Virus record (IMG/VR): IMGVR_UViG_2930438282_000001
Span: 17,042 to 81,041 of that record
Length of the DNA: 64,000 nt
Source of the DNA: a virus
Lineage: Duplodnaviria; Caudoviricetes
Direction: 5' to 3' (one strand)
Shown here piece after piece: positions 17,821-26,765 of this stretch (position 1 is its first letter; every line of letters begins with the position of its first letter). Under the pieces are notes generated by a model. That model was not told where the DNA came from. It searched no databases and saw only the letters and a list, made by a program, of their open reading frames with translations. The translations under genes and the position numbers were made by a program.

Positions 17821-18036
17821 TCAGACAGCCGCGTGTGTGCGGCCGGCGCGCTGGCGGGTGGCCTGCTCGACGCGGAGGATGTCGAGGGCGCGGTATCGGG
17901 GCCAGCCGCGCCGGTTGACGGGGGCGATCTTTCCGCGGGCCCGCCATTGGTAGATCACATCCCTGGTGACGCCAGCGGCGTTCGCGGCTTCTTCAGTCGT
18001 CCAGGTGGTGTTCTGGAGGTCGGTGTCGAGGTACAC
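17821..18036 (-). CDS. MerR-like HTH DNA-binding protein
   Basis: TTEEAANAAGVTRDVIYQWRARGKI; RBS GGGAGG. Confidence 0.75.
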   Translation of the reverse strand: MYLDTDLQNTTWTTEEAANAAGVTRDVIYQWRARGKIAPVNRRGWPRYRALDILRVEQATRQRAGRTHAAV

Positions 18037-18060
18037 AGCGCCTCCCTGCTGGGTGATACG

Positions 18061-18095
18061 CGAAAGGGCCCCGGAGGCGAGTCCGGGGCCCTTCG
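18061..18095. terminator. GC hairpin
   Basis: AAGGGCCCCGGA-GGCGAG-TCCGGGGCCCTT. Confidence 0.5.
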
Positions 18096-18142
18096 GAAGG
18101 CATAGTGATCCGCGGCAAATCTGACACACGTATTGCCCCAGG

Positions 18143-18856
18143 TCAAGCGGCTGCGAGCGAGCGGTGTGCGGTGGCGAGTTGCTGGCTGTGCTCGTGATAC
18201 TCGGCGGGAGTCAGCAGGGTCTGGCAGTTGACGTTCCGGCACTCGATGTAGTTCTCGCCGTCGGCACGGAACAGCGTCAGCAAGTCGCACCGCGGGCACG
18301 GCAGTGGATGGTGCTCCAGGCGCGCGTCGCGGCGTGTGAACTTCTCGGCGCCTCGGTGCCACTGGCGGATGAGCGCGGCCGGGTCCATCGTCTCCCCGGT
18401 CGTCGGGTCGGTCTCACCGGGGTACCGGTCGAGGACCCAGATCAGGTGCGAGCGGAGAAACGTCACAGAGGCGACCAGGTCGACGCCTTCACGGCCGCGG
18501 GCATCGCGGGCCGGGAGCTGGCGGCCGGCGCGGATGACGTCTTCGAGGCCGAGGAGGCCAGTGATGATGTGGTCGGTCAGGATCCGTGACGCTTGGCCCG
18601 GCCAGGACAGTACGGCGGTTGTTCGGCCGATGGTGCCGGTTGCCTTCGGTGTGGTGCCGTTCACCGCCTCGAGCTGGATCGCAACGACCAGCTCGGGGAG
18701 CTCGCCGAGCTGGCTGTGCGCGCGATCGGTACAGCGCTGGCAGTGGATCGGGTTGCCCCACGCAGGGGCGATCTGGTGCTCCGTGCCGTCGGCAGCTTGA
18801 GCAGCCTCGGCTTTGCGCCAGGCGTTGTTGCAGGGACCAGGACAGGCGGCGGGCAT
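18143..18856 (-). CDS. Zn-binding phage protein, putative late regulator
   Basis: 237 aa, three CxxC-type pairs; precedes HTH gene and late operon. Confidence 0.65.
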   Translation of the reverse strand: MPAACPGPCNNAWRKAEAAQAADGTEHQIAPAWGNPIHCQRCTDRAHSQLGELPELVVAIQLEAVNGTTPKATGTIGRTTAVLSWPGQASRILTDHIITGLLGLEDVIRAGRQLPARDARGREGVDLVASVTFLRSHLIWVLDRYPGETDPTTGETMDPAALIRQWHRGAEKFTRRDARLEHHPLPCPRCDLLTLFRADGENYIECRNVNCQTLLTPAEYHEHSQQLATAHRSLAAA

Positions 18857-18949
18857 GGCGGGCCTCCCGTGGTGCATGAGGGTTTTGAGCCCAGTGTCCA
18901 CCAGGGTGATCATCAAGCCGGGTGGACAGCTAGCCAGCCCGCCGAGTCG

Positions 18950-19564
18950 TCACTTGTACCAGACGGCCACTCCGTGGTGGTGGGAGCAAGTGCCCTGGTG
19001 GTGCTGGCTGTAAGACAACGAGCCGTCATTGCAGAGCGCGGTCGCCCCACCGTGGTCGTCGACGGCTGGCGCGGTCGTGTGAGGCGCGGCCGGGCGATGC
19101 GTTGTGTGGACCGGAGCCGGGTTGCGCGTGGGTGGCTTGGTCGCGGTGACGCTACGGGTGTGCGACGGTGTCGGGCTGGCGGTTTCACCGGGGGCACGGA
19201 GCGTGAGGGTGATCGCGGTTGAGATGCGCACCTGGGCGCCATTGGCGGGTTTGCTGGAGACGATCGTCCATTCCTGGGCGTCGTTCGCGGAGTCCTTCAT
19301 CACGTCGTGCCCGTCGGGTGCGAGGGCTTTGACGTGGTCGAAGCACTGGAGATCTTCGCTCAGCGGGTTGAACGTCTTGCCGGCCAATTGCGGCATCGTC
19401 TGCGGCCAGCGCTCTGCGTGACATCGCGCCTCGAAGCTACCCGCAGCGTAGGTGGGGGACGCCTTCGGCTTGTTGCTGGAGCTGGTGGTTGTCGCGCTCG
19501 AGCAGGCGGTGAGCGCGCCAGCGAGCACGACAGCAGCGGCCGCGGTGGTGACTGTTCGGTTCAC
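18950..19564 (-). CDS. Lipoprotein with C-terminal DUF3761-like domain
   Basis: Lipobox LTAC; ATALCNDGSLSYSQHHQGTCSHHHGV. Confidence 0.8.
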   Translation of the reverse strand: MNRTVTTAAAAVVLAGALTACSSATTTSSSNKPKASPTYAAGSFEARCHAERWPQTMPQLAGKTFNPLSEDLQCFDHVKALAPDGHDVMKDSANDAQEWTIVSSKPANGAQVRISTAITLTLRAPGETASPTPSHTRSVTATKPPTRNPAPVHTTHRPAAPHTTAPAVDDHGGATALCNDGSLSYSQHHQGTCSHHHGVAVWYK

Positions 19565-19571
19565 GGCTGCC

Positions 19572-20090
19572 TCAGCTCAGTCCGTCAACGGCCGTCTTGT
19601 ACGTGGCGGCCTGCGTGGGGGTCAGGTAGTGGGAGACGCGGACGAGAACAGCGCCGTGGACGTAGTTGTATTCGGCGAGCGCCGGCATCGACTTGGTGAC
19701 TGTCTGGATGTACTTCGCGCGGGTCGTCGCGTCCGTCGCGCTGCTGAAGACCTCGATGGCGCCGCCGCGTTCGACGTCGCCCTTTTCTGTGCCCTCGACG
19801 TCGCTGGGTTTGATTCGGACGTCGGTGAACGTGATCTTTGATGTGTATTGGCCTGGGCGGCCGAGCAGGTGGTTCGGGTCGTTTTCCGCTGTCACGGTGC
19901 CGGACACTTTGGCTGCGCGGACCTGGCCGGAGATCTTCGAGAACGCGTCCTGGGCAGTGACGGTGCTCGCTGCTGTCGGCTTGGCGGGCTTGGGCGCGCT
20001 GTCCGTGATGGTCGGCGACTTGGTGTTGCTGCACGCCGCGAGGGCCAGGAGCGCAGCGGCCGCTGCGGTGGTGGTGAGGGTTCGTCTCAT
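19572..20090 (-). CDS. Lipoprotein
   Basis: Lipobox LAAC; DPNHLLGRPGQYTSK. Confidence 0.8.
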   Translation of the reverse strand: MRRTLTTTAAAAALLALAACSNTKSPTITDSAPKPAKPTAASTVTAQDAFSKISGQVRAAKVSGTVTAENDPNHLLGRPGQYTSKITFTDVRIKPSDVEGTEKGDVERGGAIEVFSSATDATTRAKYIQTVTKSMPALAEYNYVHGAVLVRVSHYLTPTQAATYKTAVDGLS

Positions 20091-20244
20091 GCGGGCGATC
20101 GTCGATGCTCGCGGGATCCTGTGGTGGTCATGTGACGGACTTGTGACGAAGCGTTCGGGGTCGTACGAAGGATCGTGTCCCGCCTGCGGACCGGATCCGC
20201 TCATTCCGCCCCCGACGCCCGATACATCCGGCCACACTGGCCTC

Positions 20245-20424
20245 GTGACCATCCGATACGGCGTGCAGGCAGACAGCCGGGACGAGTGCGTCGAAGGTCT
20301 GCGCCTCCTCGTCGAGGCCGGGATGGTGCCGATCATGCTGCCCGCGCAGATTGCCGGCAGTCGGTGGCTGGCCCGGGCCGTACCTCGGCCGACAGACAAC
20401 CGTCACCCGGATACGAGCGGCTGA
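20245..20424 (+). CDS. 59-aa hypothetical (leaderless)
   Basis: CACACT -10-like box 6 nt before GTG. Confidence 0.5.
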   Translation: MTIRYGVQADSRDECVEGLRLLVEAGMVPIMLPAQIAGSRWLARAVPRPTDNRHPDTSG

Positions 20425-20447
20425 TCCGGGAGCCGTAATCTCGCGGC

Positions 20448-21050
20448 GTGAATGGAATCAATTGGGGGGACGTCCCGACCTGGCTCGGGGCGATATTCGC
20501 GGCGCTGGCCGCCGCGGCGGCAGTGTGGACACTCAAGAGCCAGCGCGATCAAATCCGCGAGCAGCAGCGGTTCATCGGTGAGCAGCAGGCCACGATGGAT
20601 CTGGAACGCACCGAGCTGCGTGCGGTCGCTGAAGACCGGCGCACTGCACAGGCCAAGCGAGTCCGCATGCACCATCGGAAAGCGGGCGCGACGACCGACT
20701 GGCAAGGCGCGGAAGTCCCCGACGACCACTGGGTCGTCACAGTGGTCAACGAGAGTGACGTACCGATCCGCCAGGTCGAGGTGCATTTCGGGACCGCGCA
20801 CCGTGCCTCGGAAGTGCACGAGTGGCACTTGGGCTGGCACGAGTCTCGGACCGGTCAGGGCGAACGCTTGATGACACCGGTGCATCTCCTGGGGCCCCGC
20901 CGCGCGGCCGAGTTCCAGTCGCAGAGCTGGTCTCCGTCGACGGTGCACAACAACCCGCCGACGCTGTATTTCACAGACGGGGACGGCGGTCGCTGGTCGT
21001 TGGACTCGTCTGGCGATCTAAAGGAGTCGGAGCAGCAGCCAGGAATGTAG
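20448..21050 (+). CDS. Single-pass membrane protein (moron)
   Basis: NWGDVPTW + TM helix + coiled coil; TAATCT 6 nt before GTG. Confidence 0.75.
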   Translation: MNGINWGDVPTWLGAIFAALAAAAAVWTLKSQRDQIREQQRFIGEQQATMDLERTELRAVAEDRRTAQAKRVRMHHRKAGATTDWQGAEVPDDHWVVTVVNESDVPIRQVEVHFGTAHRASEVHEWHLGWHESRTGQGERLMTPVHLLGPRRAAEFQSQSWSPSTVHNNPPTLYFTDGDGGRWSLDSSGDLKESEQQPGM

Positions 21051-21059
21051 GCGTCCGGC

Positions 21060-21200
21060 TCAAATCGATGAGTTGAACGTCGTCGTCCGTACGACCGGAC
21101 GCGCCGGGGACCGCCTCGTCGTCGGCGCGGGTCGGACGGTCATCGCGGGGATCTGGTTGGAACGCACCGTCAGCACGGGCGTCGGCAGGGTGGAGGCCAT
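21060..21200 (-). CDS. 46-aa hypothetical
   Basis: RBS GAAAGGA before ATG. Confidence 0.45.
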   Translation of the reverse strand: MASTLPTPVLTVRSNQIPAMTVRPAPTTRRSPARPVVRTTTFNSSI

Positions 21201-21281
21201 GCTCTGTCCTTTCGGGAGAAAGATGACGGCCCCGCCGCGACGGGGATGCACGGCGGGGCCTCGGAGAGAGTGTGGCACGCG

Positions 21282-21464
21282 TCAGGTGGGTGGCAGGCCG
21301 AGCTCTTCGAACTCGCGCTGTACGTCGGCGGGGTCCATGCGGCCCTCGGCCAGCTCGCAGATCAGGCACACGGCGTGCCACGCGTCGCCGGTGGTCACGC
21401 CTTTCAGCGCGGCTGATATCCGCTTGATCAGTTCGATGCGGTCGGCTGTGCGGGCGTCGCTCAT
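21282..21464 (-). CDS. 60-aa hypothetical
   Basis: ATGA coupling with upstream gene. Confidence 0.6.
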   Translation of the reverse strand: MSDARTADRIELIKRISAALKGVTTGDAWHAVCLICELAEGRMDPADVQREFEELGLPPT

Positions 21465-21745
21465 CCGGTTTCCTCGGGCCCGCACCGGCATTCGTCGGCT
21501 GGCGCTCCCTGGCCGATCGCGCATGCACAGAAGATCGGGCCGAGTGGTCCGTCAACGGTCTCGCCGAAGCACATGTCGCACTCGCCCTCTTTCCATTCCC
21601 CGTCGCCTGGGCATTCGCATCCGCAGACGCAGCCCTGCCCACAGGAGCACTGACACATGCCTTCGCAGCAAGGCTCGGTGACGCCGAGAACGAGTTCACC
21701 GTCTTCGTCGTAGTCGGCACCCGGCACATAGCACTCGTCGATCAT
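21461..21745 (-). CDS. Cys-rich acidic metallothionein-like protein
   Basis: 16 Cys in 94 aa, CC/CxC clusters. Confidence 0.65.
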   Translation of the reverse strand: MIDECYVPGADYDEDGELVLGVTEPCCEGMCQCSCGQGCVCGCECPGDGEWKEGECDMCFGETVDGPLGPIFCACAIGQGAPADECRCGPEETG

Positions 21746-21750
21746 GCGGA

Positions 21751-21900
21751 TCAGTCCTCTGGGGTCTCGGTCACGGTCAGGTTTGGCCGGTACTTACGGA
21801 TTCGGCTGATCCGCTTCTCGGCAAAGTCGGGGGCGTTGGTGGTGAACTCGTCGAGGAACGTGCCGTCCTCGTCCAGGACGCGGTAACGGATGAACTCCAC
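21751..21900 (-). CDS. 49-aa hypothetical
   Basis: RBS AAAGGAGG before GTG; VEFIRYRVLDEDG. Confidence 0.6.
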   Translation of the reverse strand: MEFIRYRVLDEDGTFLDEFTTNAPDFAEKRISRIRKYRPNLTVTETPED

Positions 21901-21920
21901 GTGGCCTCCTTTGGTAGCGG

Positions 21921-22169
21921 TTAGCGGCCCCAGCAGTTCGCGAGGACCAGGGCGAGGAAGAAGAGGACGGCCCAGATCCAGCCGGAGGGGAGGATGCCGT
22001 CGCCGCGGGCCTGGGTGTGTACGGCGCGGACGCCGTCGCCGGCGTCCGGGGCGAGTCCTCCGTGTGCGGTGCGGCGGTGCTCCACCCCGTCGTCCTCGGC
22101 GTCCGACCGGCGTTCGTGGCGCTTGGGCGAGACGGCGTTGCAGGACCGGCAGTAGTACTCGTGTGGCAT
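21921..22169 (-). CDS. Small C2H2-like Zn protein with C-terminal TM helix
   Basis: CRSC...HRRTAH; WIWAVLFFLALVLA; RBS GGAAGGA. Confidence 0.65.
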   Translation of the reverse strand: MPHEYYCRSCNAVSPKRHERRSDAEDDGVEHRRTAHGGLAPDAGDGVRAVHTQARGDGILPSGWIWAVLFFLALVLANCWGR

Positions 22170-22240
22170 GGCGCGGTCCTTCCGGAGAGCGGGGTAGATC
22201 AGTCGTCTCCCGGGCGGGAGACGGATGGTAGACGTGCAGG

Positions 22241-22891
22241 TCAGACGGGCGGAGACGGGGCGGGAGATGAGGTGGGAGACGGAGCTCGGGAAGGGGCTTC
22301 GAGAGGGGCTCGACGCACCCCCCAGGTGGGAACTCCGGCCACCTTCACGTTGCGGTCGTGAGGGATACCGAGGGCGGTCAGACGAGTGCGCATATCCGTG
22401 ACCGTGCGGCCCTGCCACTGGCCGTGCTTCTGGAGGTGGGCGAGGACGGTCTTCAGGTGGACCTTGTCGGCGTCGCCCATGACGTCCAGGAGGAGTCGTC
22501 GGACTGCCTCTCGCTCGCTTCCCGGAGCTACGCCGGCTGTCTTGCGGGCCGGAGCGGAACGGCGCTCGATGACGGCGGCAGCGCGCTCCAAGATGTCGCC
22601 GGGGATGAAGGAGCCGACAGCGAGCAGCCACGCGAGGACGATGCCAGCGGCGACCCAACCGCCGTAGAAGCCGATCGCCCACACGGCGACGACGTACAGC
22701 CCCCAGGAGACACCTGAGCCGAAGCGGGCAGCGATCCACTGACCAGGGCCGAGGAGCCCGGTGAGGATCGGGCCGTGAGCGGCGGCTGGCGCCTCCTCGT
22801 CGGGCTCCTCTTCGATCTCCTCGGCCTGCTCCGCTTCGGAGGGTTCTGGCTCGTCCTCGGTGGCGCGTTTCCGCAGGTTGAAGAAGCTCAC
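22241..22891 (-). CDS. Membrane protein with C-terminal wHTH-like region
   Basis: 216 aa, 2 TM segments, GTGA coupled. Confidence 0.7.
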   Translation of the reverse strand: MSFFNLRKRATEDEPEPSEAEQAEEIEEEPDEEAPAAAHGPILTGLLGPGQWIAARFGSGVSWGLYVVAVWAIGFYGGWVAAGIVLAWLLAVGSFIPGDILERAAAVIERRSAPARKTAGVAPGSEREAVRRLLLDVMGDADKVHLKTVLAHLQKHGQWQGRTVTDMRTRLTALGIPHDRNVKVAGVPTWGVRRAPLEAPSRAPSPTSSPAPSPPV

Positions 22892-23292
22892 GACAGGTTC
22901 GCCCCCAAGTGGGCCACGGAGTCGGAGACGTAGGACCAGGTGCCGCCGGCGCCGGCAGCGATGTACCAGAAGAAGATCCCGAGGATGCCGACCTGCTTGG
23001 TGGTGAGCTTCTTGAACAGGATGAAAAGCGCAGTGGCGAGGGCCAAGGCGGGCATCGTCACACCGGGCAGAACGCCGTTGATCGTGCCGATGATGCTGCC
23101 GACGAAGTCGGGGACGATCTTGAAGATGCCTCCGGCAGCCTTGTACGACGATCCGGCGAGCATCGACAGGAACAGGGTCGGCCACCAGCCGAGGGGCCGC
23201 AGCTGACCGCCGCCGGGAATCCCGAAGATGAGCAGCACGGTGAGGACGAAGGCAAGGCCACCCGGGCCGAGATTTCCGAAGACGCTGTGCAC
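22888..23292 (-). CDS. Hydrophobic multi-pass membrane protein
   Basis: 134 aa, ~4 TM segments, RBS GAAGGA. Confidence 0.75.
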   Translation of the reverse strand: MHSVFGNLGPGGLAFVLTVLLIFGIPGGGQLRPLGWWPTLFLSMLAGSSYKAAGGIFKIVPDFVGSIIGTINGVLPGVTMPALALATALFILFKKLTTKQVGILGIFFWYIAAGAGGTWSYVSDSVAHLGANLS

Positions 23293-23308
23293 GGAGGGTC
23301 CTTCGGGG

Positions 23309-23989
23309 TTAGCGGCCAGTGCCGCTGTACAGCAGCACGCCGACGACGACGGATGAGACAGGAATGGCGGCGGCGCAGGTGACGAGCCAGAGGCCCCGTT
23401 TCCGCCCGACGCGATAGAGGGCGATCGCACATACGCCGAAGACGTAGATCACGAACGCTGACGGGCTGGTCCAGTGCCCTGCCCCGTACCAGGCGGCAGT
23501 GCTGGTGGCCCAGTCGACGAGCCCGATCCGCCAGCCCACGCCGGCCGCCGCGAGATGGCAGCCGAGCCACTTCAGCCGGTAAGGGACGCCGGACCAGGCA
23601 TCGACGAGAGCCTTACGCGGGTCAGAGGGCTTGGTGTCCCACGCCGACCGGGCCACGTCGGGCCCGGCCGGCTGCTTCCGACGGCGCCGCCTCTTTCGCG
23701 CCCTGCCCTTCCCCTTGCCCGGCTTGCGGCCCTCCTTCTTCGCGTTCCTCTCCGGGGCAGGCTCGGGATCCTCGTCGCCCGGGGCCTCGGCCGGTTCCTC
23801 GACCAGCTCAGGTGCGAGCTCGGCGGCCGACGTGGCGTTGCCGTCGAGGATGTTGTCGAGCCAGTCCCGCGGCCGCTGCTTCGGAATCGGAGGGATGACC
23901 GGCTGTTCGGCGTCCGGGCCGACGCCTCTCTGCTTCAGGAGTTTGGCGACACGGAGCTCGTCCGCGCCGGGTGTCGTACCGCCCATCAC
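23309..23989 (-). CDS. Membrane protein (3 C-terminal TMs)
   Basis: 226 aa, acidic/basic disordered N-term, coupled to upstream gene. Confidence 0.7.
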   Translation of the reverse strand: MMGGTTPGADELRVAKLLKQRGVGPDAEQPVIPPIPKQRPRDWLDNILDGNATSAAELAPELVEEPAEAPGDEDPEPAPERNAKKEGRKPGKGKGRARKRRRRRKQPAGPDVARSAWDTKPSDPRKALVDAWSGVPYRLKWLGCHLAAAGVGWRIGLVDWATSTAAWYGAGHWTSPSAFVIYVFGVCAIALYRVGRKRGLWLVTCAAAIPVSSVVVGVLLYSGTGR

Positions 23990-24435
23990 ACACCCCGCCC
24001 AGAGTTGTCGGACGGCGTGGGACGCGCGGAGGGGCCGGTCCTACCGGCGGGAAGCAGCGGGTACGACCGCGGAAGGCCGGTCGTGTCGTCGGGTGCGACC
24101 GTCGGACGCGGGGTCATGTGACCCGTCATACCGGTGTGATCAACCGTCGTCGGCATCCAGTACGCCTCAGGGACCGTCGTCTGCATGGAGCCGCGCTCGG
24201 GCGCCTGAGCTGGGTCATACCGTGTGAGGAAGTAGCGTGCGATCGTCGGACGCACGCCGTGCGGGAGCGTGGTGTGCTCCCACGCCTTCCGGTAGGTGCC
24301 AGCGACGATGCGCAGCGCGGATCGTACGGCGTCCGACACCGTCATACCGGTGGCAAGCATCGTCGTCAGATCGTCGTACAGTGCTTGATCAACTTTGACG
24401 GAGGCGTTCTTACCGACGGGCGGTGGCGTGGACAC
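23986..24435 (-). CDS. Hypothetical, RHH-like N-terminus
   Basis: ASVKVDQALYDDL..TVSDAVRSAL; RBS CAGGAG. Confidence 0.65.
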   Translation of the reverse strand: MSTPPPVGKNASVKVDQALYDDLTTMLATGMTVSDAVRSALRIVAGTYRKAWEHTTLPHGVRPTIARYFLTRYDPAQAPERGSMQTTVPEAYWMPTTVDHTGMTGHMTPRPTVAPDDTTGLPRSYPLLPAGRTGPSARPTPSDNSGRGV

Positions 24436-24458
24436 GGTGTGACTCCTGGTGTGACGGG

Positions 24459-25958
24459 TCAGCGGACGGGCAGGGCGATTTGCAGGGTGTCCTCGGTGTC
24501 CGGATCGATCAGCTTGGCGACGGGGATCGTCACGGTGTCGTCGTCAGGCAGCTCCGCCTTCGCGAGCCGGATAGTGGGCACGGCATCCGGCCCGGCCGCA
24601 GCGACCTCGACCGCGTCGCGCGTGCCCCACTTGCTGACCTTCCAGCAAGTGACCATCGCGTACAGGTGCATGGGCCGGAGGACGAACATCCGCCACAGGC
24701 CGGCCAAGGGCGCCAGGACCACGAGCCAGATGTGGAAGGCGAGCGGCTCGTCGTCGCGGGCGACCATGAGGAACCGCAGCGCGATCAGCCAGTTCATAAG
24801 CAGCGCGACCAGGAGCACCGACCAGATCAGCGTGCCGGCGTGCGCGCGCTGGACGGGGTCGGTGATGAGGGCGACGGGGATGACGATCGAGAGGAGCAGC
24901 TGCAGGAGCTCGGCGACGGGCATCCAGAATCCGGCGCCGGTGACGGGCATGTACTTGACCCACCAGAAGGTGCGGACGAACGTGCCGCGCATCCAGCGCA
25001 TGGACTGGTTGCGGTAGTGCTTCCAGGTCTCCGGGACCAGGGTGAACACGATGCTGGACGGCTGGTGCACGGTGTCGCCTTCGAGCATCGCGTACATCGT
25101 GAGCATCGAGTCGTCGTTCATCTGCATGGGCTGGCCGAGGAACTCCTCGTTCTCGTAGATACCGGCGTACTTGCGGACGACGTTGCCGTCGTAGAAGGCG
25201 AGGGTGCCGCTGTTGACCATGACCCGCTTGAGAACGGACTGGGCTGAGCGGAAGCCGCGGGTGAACGGGGTGTAGAGGATGCACAGCATCCGCGTGAGCA
25301 GGTTTGTCCGTGAGTTGAGGACGATCACGCATCCGGCGACGGACTTGACCTTGGCGTCCTTGAACGGCTTGAGGCCCTCGGCGACTGCCTCGCGGTCGAG
25401 GACGGAATCGGAGTCGAGGGTGACGAAGATGTCGCCCGGGTCGTCGGTGAGGACGTGCATCTGCGCGTGCCTCTTGCCGCGGTTCACGGTCCGGTCCCAC
25501 GTGGCGTAGATGCCGCGGCGTCGCGCCTCGTTGAGGAACCATGCCTTCGTCGCCGGGTAGGTGATCTGCGTCCCGGAGTCCTTGTCCTCACTGCCGTCGT
25601 CGACGACCCGGATCCGGTCGACCGGCCTGCTCTGGTCGAACACGGACTGCAGGCAGGCCCGGAGCGCCGGCTCGTCCTCGTTGTAGACGGGAACCTGGAC
25701 AGTGACGACGAGGGTGTCGAGGCGGCGCTGCTGCCGCTCGGTCGCTGTGATCGGTTTCTCCATCCAGCAGAGCGGGATCCACCAGAGCAGCAGGAAGGAG
25801 ACGAGCCACGCGAAGGCCATGCTGTTGCCGTGGCCGGTGAAGGCCACGGCCGTGGCGATGGCGTGCTCGATGGCCCACAGGGCGGCACCGAGCAGCGGCA
25901 CCGAAGCGAGAACGATGTTCCGTCTGTTGCCTGCCCACCAGGCGTGCGGGGCGGCCAT
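24459..25958 (-). CDS. Processive GT2 glycosyltransferase (hyaluronan synthase/NodC-like)
   Basis: VPVYNE, VDDGS, GKRHA, DSD, NDDSMLT, QSMRW (QxxRW); N- and C-terminal TM helices. Confidence 0.9.
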   Translation of the reverse strand: MAAPHAWWAGNRRNIVLASVPLLGAALWAIEHAIATAVAFTGHGNSMAFAWLVSFLLLWWIPLCWMEKPITATERQQRRLDTLVVTVQVPVYNEDEPALRACLQSVFDQSRPVDRIRVVDDGSEDKDSGTQITYPATKAWFLNEARRRGIYATWDRTVNRGKRHAQMHVLTDDPGDIFVTLDSDSVLDREAVAEGLKPFKDAKVKSVAGCVIVLNSRTNLLTRMLCILYTPFTRGFRSAQSVLKRVMVNSGTLAFYDGNVVRKYAGIYENEEFLGQPMQMNDDSMLTMYAMLEGDTVHQPSSIVFTLVPETWKHYRNQSMRWMRGTFVRTFWWVKYMPVTGAGFWMPVAELLQLLLSIVIPVALITDPVQRAHAGTLIWSVLLVALLMNWLIALRFLMVARDDEPLAFHIWLVVLAPLAGLWRMFVLRPMHLYAMVTCWKVSKWGTRDAVEVAAAGPDAVPTIRLAKAELPDDDTVTIPVAKLIDPDTEDTLQIALPVR

Positions 25959-26119
25959 CAGACGTCGCTCGGGGTCTTGCCGCGGCGGAAGCCGAAGCGG
26001 ACGCAGAGAGCGCCGACGAGGACGAGGCCGGCGGCGGCGCCGACGAGCCAGACCTGGTCGAGGACGACGCCGCCGATGGTGAGGGTGGCGCCGGTAGCGG
26101 CAAGAGAGCCGTAGTGCAT
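25958..26119 (-). CDS. 53-aa LAxTG sortase-signal-like micro-protein
   Basis: MHYGSLAATG + hydrophobic stretch + RFGFRRGK; RBS CAGGAG; TGATG overlap with GT2. Confidence 0.75.
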   Translation of the reverse strand: MHYGSLAATGATLTIGGVVLDQVWLVGAAAGLVLVGALCVRFGFRRGKTPSDV

Positions 26120-26207
26120 GGGTTGGTACTCCTGGATCGATCTATCGGGTGGGTGGTGCCGGGTCCGCAGTCGCGGGGAGACGCGCGGACCCGGCGGTCT
26201 GGGTGGG

Positions 26208-26408
26208 CTATTTGCGTGCCTGGCGGATGGCCGCGACGACGCTCGTGGTGAGGACGGTCAGGAAGAGGAGCGTCGACGAGCAGTCACTCGCGGGCTGGTT
26301 GTCGTACGAGGCGCGGTCCTGGACCTCGCGCATGGAGCGGCCGCGTTGCCGGTCGTGATGACGGTCGCTGCGGGGGCGGTGCCATTCCCCGCCGAAGGTG
26401 TCCGGCAT
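26208..26408 (-). CDS. 66-aa protein with C-terminal TM
   Basis: TGATG coupled; LLFLTVLTTSVVAAIRQARK. Confidence 0.6.
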   Translation of the reverse strand: MPDTFGGEWHRPRSDRHHDRQRGRSMREVQDRASYDNQPASDCSSTLLFLTVLTTSVVAAIRQARK

Positions 26409-26581
26409 CAGCGGCGCGCCCTTGCTTCCTGGGCGGCGAGGGTGGCACGGACGTCGGCGCCGGCCGCATAGTCGCCGGCGCAGTTCTCGACTGTGGCCGC
26501 CTCGGCCAGGATCGGATTCGGGCGCGGCGCAAGGGGCGCGGGGGTGGGCTGGGGTAATGGCTGATCGGTACGCTCAGTCAT
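26408..26581 (-). CDS. 57-aa hypothetical
   Basis: MTERTDQPLPQPTPAPLAPRPNP...ARARR*, first gene of the GT2 operon. Confidence 0.55.
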   Translation of the reverse strand: MTERTDQPLPQPTPAPLAPRPNPILAEAATVENCAGDYAAGADVRATLAAQEARARR

Positions 26582-26612
26582 GCCTGCCTGCTTCGTGGAG
26601 TTGAAGGTGGGC

Positions 26613-26650
26613 GCCCCGGCCCATATGGAGTGGCGACTCCGGGCCGGGGC
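26613..26650 (-). other. Leader hairpin with 4-nt bulge
   Basis: GCCCCGGCCC/GGGCCGGGGC plus GGAGT/ACTCC. Confidence 0.5.
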
Positions 26651-26686
26651 TTGTTGTTGGAAGAGACCGGGGTGGCCTCCAGAGCC

Positions 26687-26732
26687 AAGCTAAACCCCGG
26701 GGTTGAGGCGGCGCAACCCCGGGGTTTAGGCT
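26687..26732. promoter_or_regulatory. Divergent promoters with twin palindromic operators
   Basis: Perfect 16-bp inverted repeat CTAAACCCCGGGGTTG-N8-CAACCCCGGGGTTTAG; TTGAGG-18-TAGGCT (+) and TTGCGC-18-TAGCTT (-). Confidence 0.75.
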
Positions 26733-26765
26733 CATGTCGGCCGCACCGCAGGAAGGAGCGCGGGA

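Noticed and set aside
26408-26581. Frameshifted pseudogene at the C-run
   Set aside because: Recount gives an intact 57-aa ORF, merely below the ORF-track cutoff
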